Of a stretch of 64,000 nt of DNA, positions 46,150 through 59,700 are shown in pieces. Source of the DNA: the human T2T-CHM13v2.0 reference genome, Homo sapiens. The first letter of the stretch is position 1, and every line of letters begins with the position of its first letter. Location: NCBI RefSeq assembly GCF_009914755.1, contig NC_060939.1; one strand, 5' to 3'. The notes below the pieces were generated by a model. It ran no database searches, had not been told where the DNA came from, and saw only the letters and a program-made list of their open reading frames with translations. The position numbers were made by a program, and so were the translations under genes.

Positions 46150-47000
46150 GTAACTTTCTGGTTTAAAAAATTTCTCATGATTATAAGCCTCTCTAGGATC
46201 TCTTCCTTGTCAAAACAAGCAGCATTTTCTCAGTCCTTGTCCCCACTTGAATTCTTCATGACCCTTTTGTATGGATGATACATTTCCTCACCTTCTGGAA
46301 GCCCTCTCTTCCCTTGACCTCCATGGCAGGATCATACTGATTTCCTTTCTATTCCCTCTCATATTTCTAACAGTAGTTTCCCCAGGAAACAATATTCACC
46401 TATTTTTCTTCTTTCTCTGTATCTCAGGAATGTTTATGATTACTCTGTTTCAGCTATAAACCTGTATGCAAATGGCTCTCAAATTCATTAATTTAGGCCT
46501 GACTTGTCTCCCAAATCCCTGATTCATATTTCCAAATGCCTGCTCGAGAGCTCTCCTTGGTTCTCCTAAATACCTCAGAGCCAGCATGGTGAAAACCCAG
46601 TTGATAACCCTCCCCCTGCCCCACTCAGCTCTTCCTGCTCCCTCTTGACTTGCTCTTCCTTATATCACCATTATCCACACTATTCAGGCTCAAAATTTAG
46701 TAATCAGAGTTGATTCTTTCTCTTACTCCATAATCAGTGCCCAGCTTTTATATTCTACCTATAATTTCTTTCAGGTGAGCATCCTGCTTTTCTATTCCCC
46801 CATCTCTATTTTAGTGTGATGCCTATTATCTCTCCTCTGACCCCTTCTTACCCATAATCTCTATACACAAAGTCTCTGTTCTTTTCCATCATAACTTCCA
46901 TACTCTGGAATAATCATTGTTTTCTTCAGACGCCATCACTTAGCTTCCCTTACTGAAAAAATTAAATACAGTGTGAAATTCAGGATCCTCCACAATGTAG
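46150..47000 (+). mobile_element. L2 body (probably continuous with ~40430-40660, split by the L1MA)
   Basis: tgcaaatggctctcaaatt, atttccaaatgcctgctcgagagctctccttgg. Confidence 0.65.
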
Positions 47001-47044
47001 GACCCAGCTCTCCACATACTTTAACCACCATGAATAACAGCCAT

Positions 47045-47230
47045 TAATAATAGTGAACATGAATGCGAACTCACTGTGGGCCAGGCATTGTGCTAAGTGA
47101 TTTTAATAACCCAATGAAGTAGGTACTGTTATTATAATTTGATAGTTACATTAATTATGTGCTATAGTCAGAGAGTTAGTAAGCATTTGAGCCTATGTGA
47201 GGGGATTCCAGATCCTGCTACCATTTTGGT
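47045..47230 (-). mobile_element. MIR fragment
   Basis: gggccaggcattgtgctaagtg...aacccaatgaagtaggtactgttatta. Confidence 0.65.
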
Positions 47231-47736
47231 GTTTTATTGGCTTATCACCTACTCGTACCACATGAAGCTTTAATCTGGAATTTTAATGCGTCCACCATTG
47301 ACTGCTGCCCCACCTCCCACTGATTGGAATGTTTTTCTACACATGTTGTGTTAGAAAATATTTTCTTTCCTACAGACTCTTTACTGACCCCTGCCCCATA
47401 TTTGAAATCCTACATTATTTACTTTGTAATATTGATATACAACTGTATTTATTTCTTATAACAATGTGTGCCCTTAGCATCTCAGTTTTAATATTTTTTA
47501 TCTCCATAGAGACAGAAACTGTGTTTCAATCCCTTTTTTTATGCTTTAAGTTACTTAGAAAAGCACCTTACCTACAACCTGGTAGGGTCTTCATTTGAAT
47601 TAAATTGGCTAGTAGCACTTTAACTAAATATCAGAACTTGTCCTAATTCCTTACAATGCACCTTTCATGCTTTTATGATTATTACTTCTTGCATTAGTGT
47701 TTAGACAGCCTGCAGGAGCCGCATTGATTTATATGT

Positions 47737-47802
<66 letters not shown>

Positions 47803-47888
47803 CACACACATATATATATATACACACACGTATATATATACACACACATATATATACACATATATATATACACACACACATATATATA
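47737..47888. repeat. Compound (CA)/(TA)/(CATATA) microsatellite
   Basis: Direct reading. Confidence 0.95.
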
Positions 47889-49129
47889 ATTGATTTATTT
47901 ACATCTCCAGAACTGCCCTGCTGAGGAAAAGAAAAGTCTATTTCCACAAAAGACAAGCAGTAGTAACTGAAAAAGTGTCACAGCAATGTCCAGACAGAAG
48001 GAAAATGTTTTAAAATTGGATTAATTAGAATTAATGGCCTAGTTTTGATCTCCTACATTAGTCAGAAGAGATTCATCTAAGCTATTCAAGTCCATGTGTA
48101 GTAGTCTGAAATTTTTCTACAGAGAAGTTCATCTGGAAGAACTAATTTTGAGTTATCTGAATTCTTCTGATCCTAACATTTTGGTTGGGAGAAACTGACA
48201 ATGAGGAAGTGATGGGCACTTGACTGCTTGCTGTAGATCTCCATGTCTTTGTTACCCAAGATGGAGGGGTGCAACTGTCTCAACAACTGTTTGGAAAAAT
48301 AAATTGAAATTTACCATTTGCTAGCCCTGTCTCGGAGAGTGGGTAATTGAATTTTTGCCTCTTATGTGAAACCTATTCTTACATTCTCTCTCTATACCCA
48401 TTTATCTCTTTACAGAGCTGCCTGAAATTATTCATATTTCTTATTTTTTAGCCCTTTTTCTCACTCAAACCATTGATTTTTTTTCTCAATCACACCCATT
48501 ACTTTTTAGTTCTGCTTTCTAAGAGCCTTTAAGCTTGTTTGGTGTGTGATGAATACATTTTTTAAAATGTTTTGTGACAGAACATTTCTGGGGTAAGGGA
48601 GTGATAAATATCAAATCAAATGGAGGCTAGGAATTTAATTTTCCCTGTCAGGGCCAATCTGTGCTTCGTTTTATCCTGACAAAAATTGATATTTTATCCC
48701 TGTGATAATGGAAGACTCTGATTGTAGTGCCTTTTCATAATTTGTTGGAAAAAAATCTTTTTTTCCTCCTGAGAAACTTGAATCAAAGCAGAGTGGATTC
48801 TGTGCAGATAGTGAAGAAAGGCACCTGATATTCCTTTAGCCCTTTGTGTCCCCAGGCCTGGCAGCAAATATTTTCATAAACTTGCTCAGGTTCTTTATTA
48901 AATGTGTTTTTTTCTGGTTTAATCTGTGGTTGTCACCAAGAAATTTATCTAGAAAAGGCTGTGACACAATCCTCCCCTACATTCTTCATTCAGCTCCATT
49001 TCTTAAATTAAGGAAGACTTGAGGAGTCTGAGACAATGGCTGAAAACTGACCTTTTAAGTTAACACACCAGAATTTGGTTAAGGCTAGAGAGGAACAAAG
49101 TAGTACTTATTTAATGAAGACCCTTAAAG

Positions 49130-49357
49130 AGCTTCCTTTGAGTGAGGCAACATTTCAGAGATCTCTACATATTAATTCATTTAATGGTCATCATATCCTA
49201 TATGATGCTGATCCTATTTTTAATCCTCATTTTATGGTTGAGAAAACTGAGGCAAAGAGAGGTTAATTGTCAATGACTCAAGTTACCAGCAAGTGGTAAA
49301 GCCAGGATTCCAATGCAGCCAGGATCAATACTCTTAATCACCTACTCTGCTGCCTCC
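49130..49357 (-). mobile_element. MIR
   Basis: cctcattttatggttgagaaaactgaggcaaagagaggttaa. Confidence 0.8.
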
Positions 49358-49887
49358 ACATTAAATTGTTCAGTTAGATGTGCATCTATCCTGGCATCAC
49401 CCGTCTCTCCCAGACATCTTGCCCGTTCTTATTTGTTCAGTCTCTGAACTACTCTTTGGAAGGATGTTGCCCATCATATTTCTTTACATTCCCCAAACAA
49501 GTTATGCCAGAAGCATTCAGGAGATGTCCAGACTCCCAAATCCTGGAATTACTTCTGCCTCAGAGGTGCAGTCTCAGCTCTGTCGAAACAAACTATATGA
49601 TCTTGCGGGGAAAAAGGTTCCTTTACTGTCTTTCTTGTCCATGTGTAAAATAAGATGAGGCTCAGCTAAGTGATTGCCTTTGTTCCAGCAATAAGGTGTT
49701 CGCCTTGACCCCATACTCTGCGACACCCGGGCTTGTGGACCATGCTTAGAAATATGTCTCATATTCAGTCTATCTTCTGGGGGCGGGCCGACTTGGGTCA
49801 GCTAAAACTTTTCACCAAATCTGAGATAATGTGTCTGCATGTGTGAATATGTGTCTTTTAATTTCATTTAATTTCATGGAAGCCTGA

Positions 49888-50475
49888 CCATTAGTTAAGA
49901 ACTGTTTAGAACCAAGTGACAAAACCCAATTGAAAATGGTTTCAACGAAGTAGAAAAATCTATGGGCTCATGTAAATCAAAAGTTTGGGAGAATGGAATC
50001 TTTAAGCATGGTTTTATCCAAAAACTAAACAATGCCCTCAGAATTTAGTCTTTTGCCATGCTCCCCTCTGTGTGGAATGTATTTTGTCAGGGAATTCTAA
50101 TAGACAGTCTAGTTTATTCCTAGAGATACAAGTTTATATGTTACTAATTAGCAATTCTAATATGAAGGGAATTGCATGAAGCATCTTTCCTATTAGGTCA
50201 AATACAAGTCCTAGAGCTACCTCTTAGGAGACTGATTTTTGTGCCAGTTTTTACCAGTCAGTCTGCTGGGGGCAGGGTGGTGGTGGTGGTGGGAGGAATG
50301 ATGATATAATATGCAAGTTTCCTGTGCCCAAAACCTAGGGATCATACTTGCCTGAACCACATGGGCTGAAAGTAGGGAAGCAATTGTTAACTGAAAAAAA
50401 AAAAGTTTCTTTTACCAGAAGAAAAGAGATGCATGGTAGGGAGGAAGGCAGGAAAAACTAAGATATGTAATCCGT
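49888..50475 (-). mobile_element. Old MLT1 (K/L-like) LTR
   Basis: caagtgacaaaacccaa...ggctcatgtaa...aaccacatgggctgaaagtaggg...ttaccagaagaaaag. Confidence 0.65.
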
Positions 50476-50489
50476 AGTATGTGAAGCTC

Positions 50490-53000
50490 AGCTGCCTCCT
50501 CCCATATTTACAAGTGTGATCTCAGAAAAAGAGGCTTTTAGGATACTTTCCTTGTCGTCCAAACAGATGACGTTGGTAGATAAAATATAATTTAAACACA
50601 TGAAAAGAACATAAGTCCAGAAATAAGTTATCATGGACCACAAATAGACCAGAAATTTGAAATGTTGAGGAAGACTTAAGTCAGTGGCTTGCTGGGCTCT
50701 AAGACTAGAAGGAGACGTGGTAGCTAGCATTTTACTCCTAGGCTATTTCTGCTAAAACTAATAAACATGGGTTAGGGTTCTAGAGTCAGGCTCACTATTT
50801 GATGTCAGAGTCTGGAGCTGGGTTTGGTTCCCCTCCCACAAAGAAAAGTACACTGAAAAAAATAAATAAGTGCTGATTCACGACTTCGGGATTTGTTTTT
50901 TCAGAATCAATGGACCTACAAAGTCAGGAGGATAAAGATGCATCCAGGAATAGCACCAAGATGCCATAGCCCTAATATCACCATGGGTAAAGAGCTCCCT
51001 AATATTTCTGGACTGGGGGTCTGAAGGTGAGGGAAGACAAAAACAGCACCACTAGATAGGTACGATATTCACAGACGGAGGGAGAGAGATAAACATAAAC
51101 AACAACCATGGAAAACCCACTTTCAACATGACCCTATAACAAATAAAACTTCCAAAATATGTCATGAGAAAGACAGCCAACAAAGCCAGTAAGAAAACCA
51201 CAAATTCACTCTATATGACATCAAATATATAAAAATTTTATATGAAGATTTTAAAGTTACTACATTTAGGATGCTCAAAGTGACAAATGAAGAAATAATG
51301 TCAATTAAGAAGTGTGAGAATTAACTAGTTTGAAATCTTGTAAATGAAAAAAGTATAGTTTATTCAAAAAAGTAAATGGGATAAATTTAATCCTAGACAC
51401 AGTTAAAGAAGGAATTAATGAAGTGAAAGAAATCTGCTCAGAGGCAGCACAAGAGGAATGGGATAAAATATTTCTGTAAGCACAGTTAGTAGACATGAGG
51501 ATATACTGAGAGGCTCGCACATTTTTATCTGATAGAACTTCCAGAAGAGAATGAAGGGAATGGTGGAGAAACAGTATTATAAGATGTAATAGCTGAAATT
51601 TTTGTAAAATAGAGGAAAGATTTGTCTTTCAAAAGTGTATTCTGAATATCAAACAAAAGAAATAAAGATTAACCCACACTTAGAAACATCATATTTAATT
51701 AGCAGAACAAGAGGATAAAAAGAAAATTTGAGAATCTGCGCCTGGGAGAAAAACAGATGACTTTCAAAGAGACAACAGTTAGACTGAAAGAAAGGGATGA
51801 GCAACAAGGCACAATGTCTTTTAAAAGAATGAAGTTAAAAGTGGAAGTTTTCAGTCACTGAAGATGAAGAAAGTCTACCAACAAGACCCTCAATAAGGGA
51901 ACAATTAATGGATGCACTTCAGCAAGAAGAATAATAAACAAGAGATGACAGGCATGTTATATGAGGAATGATGATGAATATAGAAATTGATACATTTTAT
52001 GAGAAATTACAGAAAGGACTGGCTACAAAAACTAATTCATTGTTTAATTTGATAAAGCAAACTCGAGATAGCAATGCCAATATGGAAGACTGAATTTAAT
52101 GGGTACTTAAAATATGTTAAAATTTTTGTCATATTTTGGGGAGTGCAGATGCATTGTAAATACATAAATTTTGTTCAGAATGGTTATAGGCTAAAGAAAA
52201 CCACTAAAGTCAAGACATAAAATCTATAATTTGATTGACACTAATAGATAAAGAGTAGAATATATTAAACTCCATCAACTTAAGCATGACTGGAAAGTAG
52301 AGGGGGAAAGGAACAAAAACAGACTGATAAACACAAAATCAGTTGGTTAAAATGAGTGTGTGTATGTAACCAGTAATACCAATAAAAATAATTGGGTTAA
52401 AGTAAATTATTTTTGGCTAAAATTAACAGTTTGAGAAAAATGAAATCGATCTCCATCTCTGCTAACAAGAGACATACTTAAGATGACCCTCAGAGAAGGT
52501 TTGCAGATATAAACACCAAACAAGCTTGTGCAGTAATATTAATATTAAATGAGAAAAAAATTATGGAAAATCTAATGATAGGGATAACAAGGGCTACTGT
52601 ATAATAAAAAATACAATCATGTGATCTATCAAGCCCCTACCAACAGAACAAAAACAGAATTACAAGGAGGTAGGAACAAACCTATAAAATGGATGATTTA
52701 AACAAATATTTCTAATTGGCATATATAGAATTTCACACCCAACAACTGGATTTACAAAATCTAACCATATTCCGGGTCACAGAAGAAAAATTATCAGCAA
52801 TTTAAAAAATCAATCACCGGTTTTATGAGCAGAGAGCAATTTACTTCCATCTCTATCATAAAAAATATTTAGAAACTTGATTTTTCATTAAGAAATCACC
52901 CTAGAATTTAAAAATGTCTTGAACTGAAGGACAATGAAAACATTACATATAAAAACATATGAGGTGTAGCTAAATCAGTAATTAGAAAAAATTTTCTGCC
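50490..53000 (+). mobile_element. Ancient L1ME-type 5' region, ORF1 and ORF2 endonuclease remnant
   Basis: tttaggatgctcaaag, ctagacacagttaaagaaggaattaatgaa, atatagaatttcacacccaacaac, gaactgaaggacaatgaaaacattacata. Confidence 0.6.
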
Positions 53001-53030
53001 CATTAAACCAGTATTAGCCACTCTGGGTAA

Positions 53031-53394
<364 letters not shown>

Positions 53395-53399
53395 TGTTT

Positions 53400-54170
53400 C
53401 TATTCTTTAACGCCAGGACAGGTGATACCTGCCCAAAGCACAGCCTGTGATATCTAACCTGAGCTGATCTATACTACTTTGCCTCTACTTATCTGCTCTC
53501 ATGGCACATCTCCATCTTTCTTACCGTAGCATTATCCATGACCTTGTTTAATCCTTTCTCCTCCTTCCACTCCTCTTTCCACTAGCAGTAAACTATTTGA
53601 GGGAAGGGATCTGTATATGCCCTGTTCCATGTAAGAGACTTGTGCATAGTAGGTGTGCAGTAAGTGTTCACAGACTTGAGTGCCAAAGTGATCACAGAAG
53701 GCACCTACACATAGTGCCTCTGCATGTGAAGCATGTGAAGGCTCTTGGGTCTATGGGTCTGGGGTTCAGAGCAGTGCTCAAGCTATAGACCTGACTTTGA
53801 GAATCATCAGCATTCAGATGATATATAAAGCCTGAAAATGGTTAAGATCACTTAGGCATTGACTGGTGTGAGCAAAGAAAGCCCAGGTTCAGGAAGAGAG
53901 GAATGGCAGCACAGTCCAGTACAGACTTGGAGAAGGGGCTAGCTGAAGAGGTAAGAGGAAAATGAGGTGTGTAAGTACCTGCAAATCTGGAGAAAAGAGT
54001 GTTTTTTTAAAAAATTAAGTTGTGCTTCGTGCAGCTGGTAGGCAAAGAACAAAGAGATTTGAAAGGAGTTCACAGGAATAAAAGCAATGGCGGTCATTGG
54101 GGCCTGGAGCAAAGTCAGTTTGAAGGAAATGGTGGAGTTGGACATGAGATTGGAGTGAGCTGCCTGCATA
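53400..54170. mobile_element. L2 fragments (+ 3' end to ~53680, then - strand body)
   Basis: actagcagtaaactatttgaggg...catagtaggtgtgcagtaagtgtt; gagaatcatcagcattcagatg. Confidence 0.6.
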
Positions 54171-55080
54171 ATTTTGTGCATGAAGAGCTCTGCCTGGAGT
54201 GCCTTTTCTTCCACCCCTCAAGTCTTGGCTCACAGCCTGTCCTCTGCATGTACTTCATATATATCATATGTTTTTATTATATATAGTTATACATATGTAA
54301 TATTTATCACATTGCATATATAGGATATAAATAACATACACACATATACATAAGTTTTTACTACTACACATCACAATCATTATCTACTATTATACGTCAT
54401 TATTATGTGTGTGTGGACTCCCATACCTCACCCCGGCTGAGAATGTGAGGTTTTGGGGTCAAGACCATTTATGTGTGTGTCCCAGTTTCCAACACCGTGT
54501 GCAGAAATGTGTTATCTTTCCCTTCATAGAAAATATTTTTATGAGGGTGAGAGACGCACAAAGGGGTGGTGTGGTGAGGGGAAAGGCTAAGGCAACAACG
54601 CTGCCTCTTTCCACCCTTTGTAATGTGTTTTGGCACAATTTTGGTTGGCTGTGGTAACGTAGTAGAGAGTGGCTGCTTGTAGGGGGGAGGTGAGGTGTGC
54701 AGAGCCACTGTCAGAGCAGCATCTGCCTGCACTCCCGGCAGTGGCCACTTCCATCTGGGGCGGGGGTACCTGGCATCCCTCAGACATTTCTTATGCTCCT
54801 TTGCCTCCCCACCCTCCCAGCATTTCCCCGAAAGTGCAGTGCTAATGGACCCATAGCTGCTGGGCTTTTCATCCTGGTATAATGTGGCCTGGGGCCAGGC
54901 AGAGATGGTGGATAGGACAGACCCTTGCCTTCATCAGCATGCCTGGGCATGAAGTGCATATGAGTTCTGTGCAGACTCCATGTTGTGCTTTTCCAGGATT
55001 TGGAATGAGAATGTCCCAATTCAGCCAAGAGTAGCACCCATTTGGTTGGCTTAGTCTTGGCCTCAAATGTAACATAAGTT

Positions 55081-55298
55081 AAGGTCAAATGTAGATTGTT
55101 TCCCCTTCTTTCCCTCCTTCCCTCCTCCCATTCATCCTACTCATCATTTCCCCCCTTGGTGTCTTTTATTTGAGTGTCTCATCTGTCTTAAGGTCAAATG
55201 TAGATTGTTTTCCCTTCTTTCCCTCCTTCCCTCCTCCCATTCATTCTACCCATCATTTCCTCCCTTGGTGTCTTTTATTTGAGTGTCTTATCTGTCTT
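55081..55298. repeat. 109-bp tandem duplication (2 copies)
   Basis: 55081-55189 vs 55190-55298, 5 mismatches. Confidence 0.95.
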
Positions 55299-56509
55299 CC
55301 TTTCTGTCTTTTTACCTGCCACTTTTTCTCTCTCATTCATTCTCTATTTCTCTCCATTCATACATATGCACATGTTTGCATAAATGCAAATATATGCTTA
55401 TATAGTTCATTCCGATTTGGAATACAGACTTTTGGTTTTTTTCTCTTATGGTCGTAGTTTTCCTGGCTACCTCTACAATGTCACCTGGGACCAATACCTG
55501 AGAAACTGTTTCCATCGGGGAGGTTGCTCTCTGTCTCACGCCAGCCTGGCTGGCTAGATTCCAGATGCTACAAAGGCTTCTCTGGAAAAATTAAGAAGAC
55601 AAGGGGTAGGGCCTATAGGGCTCTGAGCAGAAGGTATCAAGGTAGTTATAGTGAGGAAGAGGTCCCTCCCACCCTTGCTGCCCCTACAGACCAGGGAATC
55701 CAGCTGTTACTGGGTGCTAAGGATGAAATTTGGATTCCAGAAGAGTAAATTTTAAAGTGCTGGGAAGAACTGATCTAACCCTGTAACCCCTCCTTTTCTT
55801 CTTTTCTTTTCTTTCTTTTTGTTTATAGTTTCTGGCACGTAATGAAATGGTCAAAGCAACAGGAAGTTTTGAAACTAGTCCCACATCCCCTTCAAATAGC
55901 ATGCAGCCTAATGGGTCATTACCTTTACAAATATACCTCATTGACCCTCACCTAATTAACTCCTTGTGGTTTAATCAACATATCCTTAGGAAAAGGTTGG
56001 TGATATTTTGCTTGAAATTCTCTAGTCTGACTTTTTATGTGCAATTTTCTTCTAGAGTGTGTGCCTCTTATAATGTGATTAATTACTTTCCCCCGGAAGA
56101 AGTCTTGGCACCCTTTCAACACTTAGAAGCTCTGCTCTCATGGGCAGAGAAATCACCTTGACATGCTGGGGCATGAGCAGGGACAGAATAGTAATGGCTT
56201 AGCATGGTGGAGGGCATGGGAATCATAGAAGGCTTGCTCTAAAGGCCAGGACTGGGAGCTTGGCTGTATTGGATGAGGGTTTTAGAAAGTTCTATGTGTC
56301 AGAGATGAAATCTAAGTCTTTTAGCAGATCTGAGGAGAAGGTACACTAGGCAGGCCAGTGGCCAGGAGTCCAGGGAGAGCAGGCACCAGAGTGAGAATCC
56401 AGATCAGAGAACCAGGCAAAGAAAATTGAAGATTCAGGTGGAGATTGTGGGGATAACAAGGTCAAGAGCCCCTTGGACAAAGACAAAGGTAACAGAGGAA
56501 AAGCTGTAG

Positions 56510-56750
56510 GCAAAGCACAGCATGCTGGAAAGACCAGGGGTTAAGTCTCACATTCGGTCTGGGTTCAAGTTCTTGTGCTATTTACAAGGAGTTTCTCCTT
56601 GAGCATAATTAACATCTGTAGCCATTTATATTTTACTTAAAATGAAACCTATAAAACCCCTTTGCTTTATTATGGTGAGGTTTAAGTAAAATTATGTGTG
56701 TAAAATGCTAAATACAGGGCTTGCTGTATAGTAGCTATTACTAACTGATA
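56510..56750 (+). mobile_element. MIR
   Basis: tctgggttcaagttcttgtgct...gtgaggtttaagtaaaattatgtgtgtaaaatgct. Confidence 0.6.
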
Positions 56751-57544
56751 ATTCACTACCCCCTGCCCTAGACAAGGTCCTGTGGCATAGCTGTATGAAT
56801 GAAAGTTGACCGTCATACAGAGGTTAGCAGGTGAGGAATTCCTGTGGGTTTCTTACCTAAGTCCGACTTGGTTGCATATTTAGACAGAAACTCAAGTCTA
56901 GAGTGTTTACTTGACTTGGTGAAGGTCCCAGCAATTGTTAGAAACAAAGCCAGAAATATAACTCAGCTTTTCTAAATTCTAATCCGCAGGTCTCTCCAAT
57001 TAAGCATGTAAATACTTAATGGTATCCATTGATACTTGGAGCCAAATAAGATTTGTATCTTAGTGAGGAAACGTCTGTGGATTTATTACAAAGCCTATGA
57101 AGATAAGTGTTATTTTATGTTTCATGGATGCATCTTAATGACTGCCCTACAGGTCTGCATGTTTGACTTTAATGCTTGCATTTATCTAAATGTCATAAAA
57201 GTAATAGGAAGACCATATGAAGGAGATGATGAGAACCAGGCAGCACCTTCTTTGGGGCATGTGACTTGTCTTGTGTATACACTGCTGGTGATGGATCATT
57301 TTGATTTATCTGCTTTCCCATCCCAGTCCCTCTGGCCATGACAACAATGATTGGAGTTAGAGCACAGTCTGTGGAATGGAGTGAGCTAGGTTGTCTATCT
57401 AAAACCTGTAAATTGAGGATCATCAGTCAAACACTTGCCTCATGCATCTATCTGGCCAAAAGGAGAACCTCAGAGTCCTTGACTCTGCTTTTAGCTCCTG
57501 ATTTGCTCCATGGGTATCTCTCATGAAACTATTTCTTTGGAAAT

Positions 57545-57790
57545 GTAGCAGGGCTTAGTTAAGAATGTGGCACACAGGAGCCAGACTGCCTGCTTTAGAA
57601 CCCAGCCTTTAGGACGTTTTTTCCATATTATCTTGAGCCAGTCACTTAACTATTCCCAGCCTCAGTATTCTGATTTGTGAAATGGTGCTTACAGTAGCAC
57701 ATTCATCATGAGCTGTCTTGAGGATAATTTGGGTCAAAACAACCACAGTGCTTAGTCAATGATGGATACATAGTAAATGTGTCTTAATTT
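57545..57790 (+). mobile_element. MIR
   Basis: ggagccagactgcc...gtcacttaactattcccagcctcagt. Confidence 0.7.
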
Positions 57791-57964
57791 GTTGTCTGGT
57801 CCTAAAGCTACAGATTCTTGGTTTCCCTTTGTGGAATCTGTCACACTCCTTCTCTACTCAGCCACTTGGGTTCAACTCTTCCCTTGCCTTTTGGTCAGAC
57901 CCAAGGCAGCCTATCTGACCCCTGGTAAGATGATATTTGGGCATGGGTTTGCTTTGAAAGGTGC

Positions 57965-58323
57965 TGTATTAGCCATTCTCACACTGCCTAAGGCTAAGTA
58001 ATTTATAAAGAAAAGAGGTTTAATTGACTCACATTTCCACTCGGCTGGCAAGGCCTCAGGACACTTACAATCATGGCAGAAGGGAAAGCAGGCACCTTCT
58101 TCACAAGTCGGCAGGAAAGAGAAGCATGAAGGAGGAATTTCCAAACATTTATAAAAACACCAGATCTTGTAAGAACTCACTCACTATCATGAGAACAGCA
58201 TGGGGGAGACTGCCCCCATGATCCAGTCACCCCCCCACCAGGTCCCTCCCTCAACGCATGGGGATCATGGGGATTACAGTTCAAGATGAGATTTGGGAGG
58301 GGACACAGAGCCAAACCATGTCA
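57965..58323 (-). mobile_element. THE1D-like MaLR solo LTR
   Basis: tgtattagccattctcac...aaagaaaagaggtttaattgactcac...gagccaaaccatgtca; 5-bp TSD ggt(g/a)c. Confidence 0.9.
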
Positions 58324-59034
58324 GGTACAGAACTCATGATCTTGATTTGTAGCATCATATTAAACTCCTTGAATTCTTCTGTTCTCATGTCATGTTGGCC
58401 TTTTCACTAATCCATCCCTAGTGTCTTTCATGGTACCTGATGCAAAAAAGGTACTCGGCTGTGCTGACCACATGAGCAAGTACATGCAGGGAAGAAACAC
58501 AGTCTCTTGTGTAGCCCTTAGCTGGCCCTAAAAATCTGTACTTTGCACTGCTGCTGCTTCTGTGTTCAGTTACTTTATAGTTTACTGAGTTTTGGCAAAG
58601 GGTAGAAGACCAAGGTGTGGGAGCCATGGGTGAAGGAGAAGTGAAAGAATGCCATAAAGAAATGCCACTTTTGGGCCACTGCCAATGGCTAGGCAGGGCT
58701 CATGTTGGGAAAGGAAGGGTGGAGTCCTATTTGACGCATTCACATTCTCAGAGTCTGGTGAGCCAGGCAGCCAAACTGCTATGGACAAGTTGGTGTGTCT
58801 TAAATCAAGTTGGATCTGAGTAGGCATTTATCTAATATAGTTTATGGCTATGTGAGCATATGGAGAGCAGAATTATGCTAGAGAGGTGCCAAGGTTTTAG
58901 CTGAGAATATGGTATGTGTTTTAAGCCTTCCTGACAAGTTAGAGACTCAATGGGACAAAGGAGAAAGATGTCAGAAGGATGCCACTGATGTCAGAATCAG
59001 AGACAATTGTCAGCTAGATGAGAAGAAGGTCAGT

Positions 59035-59700
59035 GTTAGGGATATATTTTTACCCAAATTTCAAAGTCTGAACAGTTTCTGCAAAACTGCCCTCACTCTG
59101 TACCAACTGCAAGTTTGGGAACTTCCCAGAATCACCCTTAGTTTCCATGATTTGCTGGATCACTGCACATCTCACTGAAAGTTATTACACTCAGTGATAA
59201 TTTATTACAGGGAAAGAATTCAAATTAGAGCTAGGCAAAGAAAGAGATGCATAGGACAGAGTCCAGGAGGAGTTGAAATGCAGAGATTCTGCTCCTTTTC
59301 TTCCTGTGGAATCCTGGTTGGCATTACTTCCTCACTGCCATGATGTGTGATAACAGGTGTAAAGTATTCCCAACCAGGGAAGCTCATCCAGTCCTTGTAT
59401 GGAGTTTGCATTGGGGCTTGATTGCATACTGCCTATGTGGCTGACCTGCAGTCTCTCTCCTTGCAGAGGCTGGGCTAATACCTTTAGTCTCCAGTTCCTC
59501 CAGAGCTTGGAACGGCTAGGGCTAGAGCATGGCTCAAGCTCTCATCTTAAGTCACATTGTTAGACAGTCCTGGTGCCAAAGCACCCAAACAAATATACTC
59601 CAATCAGGTAGAACATTCTAGGGGCACAGGGGGTCTCCTCTATGTAGCCAAAGGCAAAGGCCAGACTTATCTTTGGGTAAAGTTGATGCTTCATTGCATA
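59035..59700 (-). mobile_element. MER77/MER21-group LTR
   Basis: accaactgcaagtttggg...ccaaccagggaagctc...aaggccagacttatctttgggtaaagtt. Confidence 0.75.
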
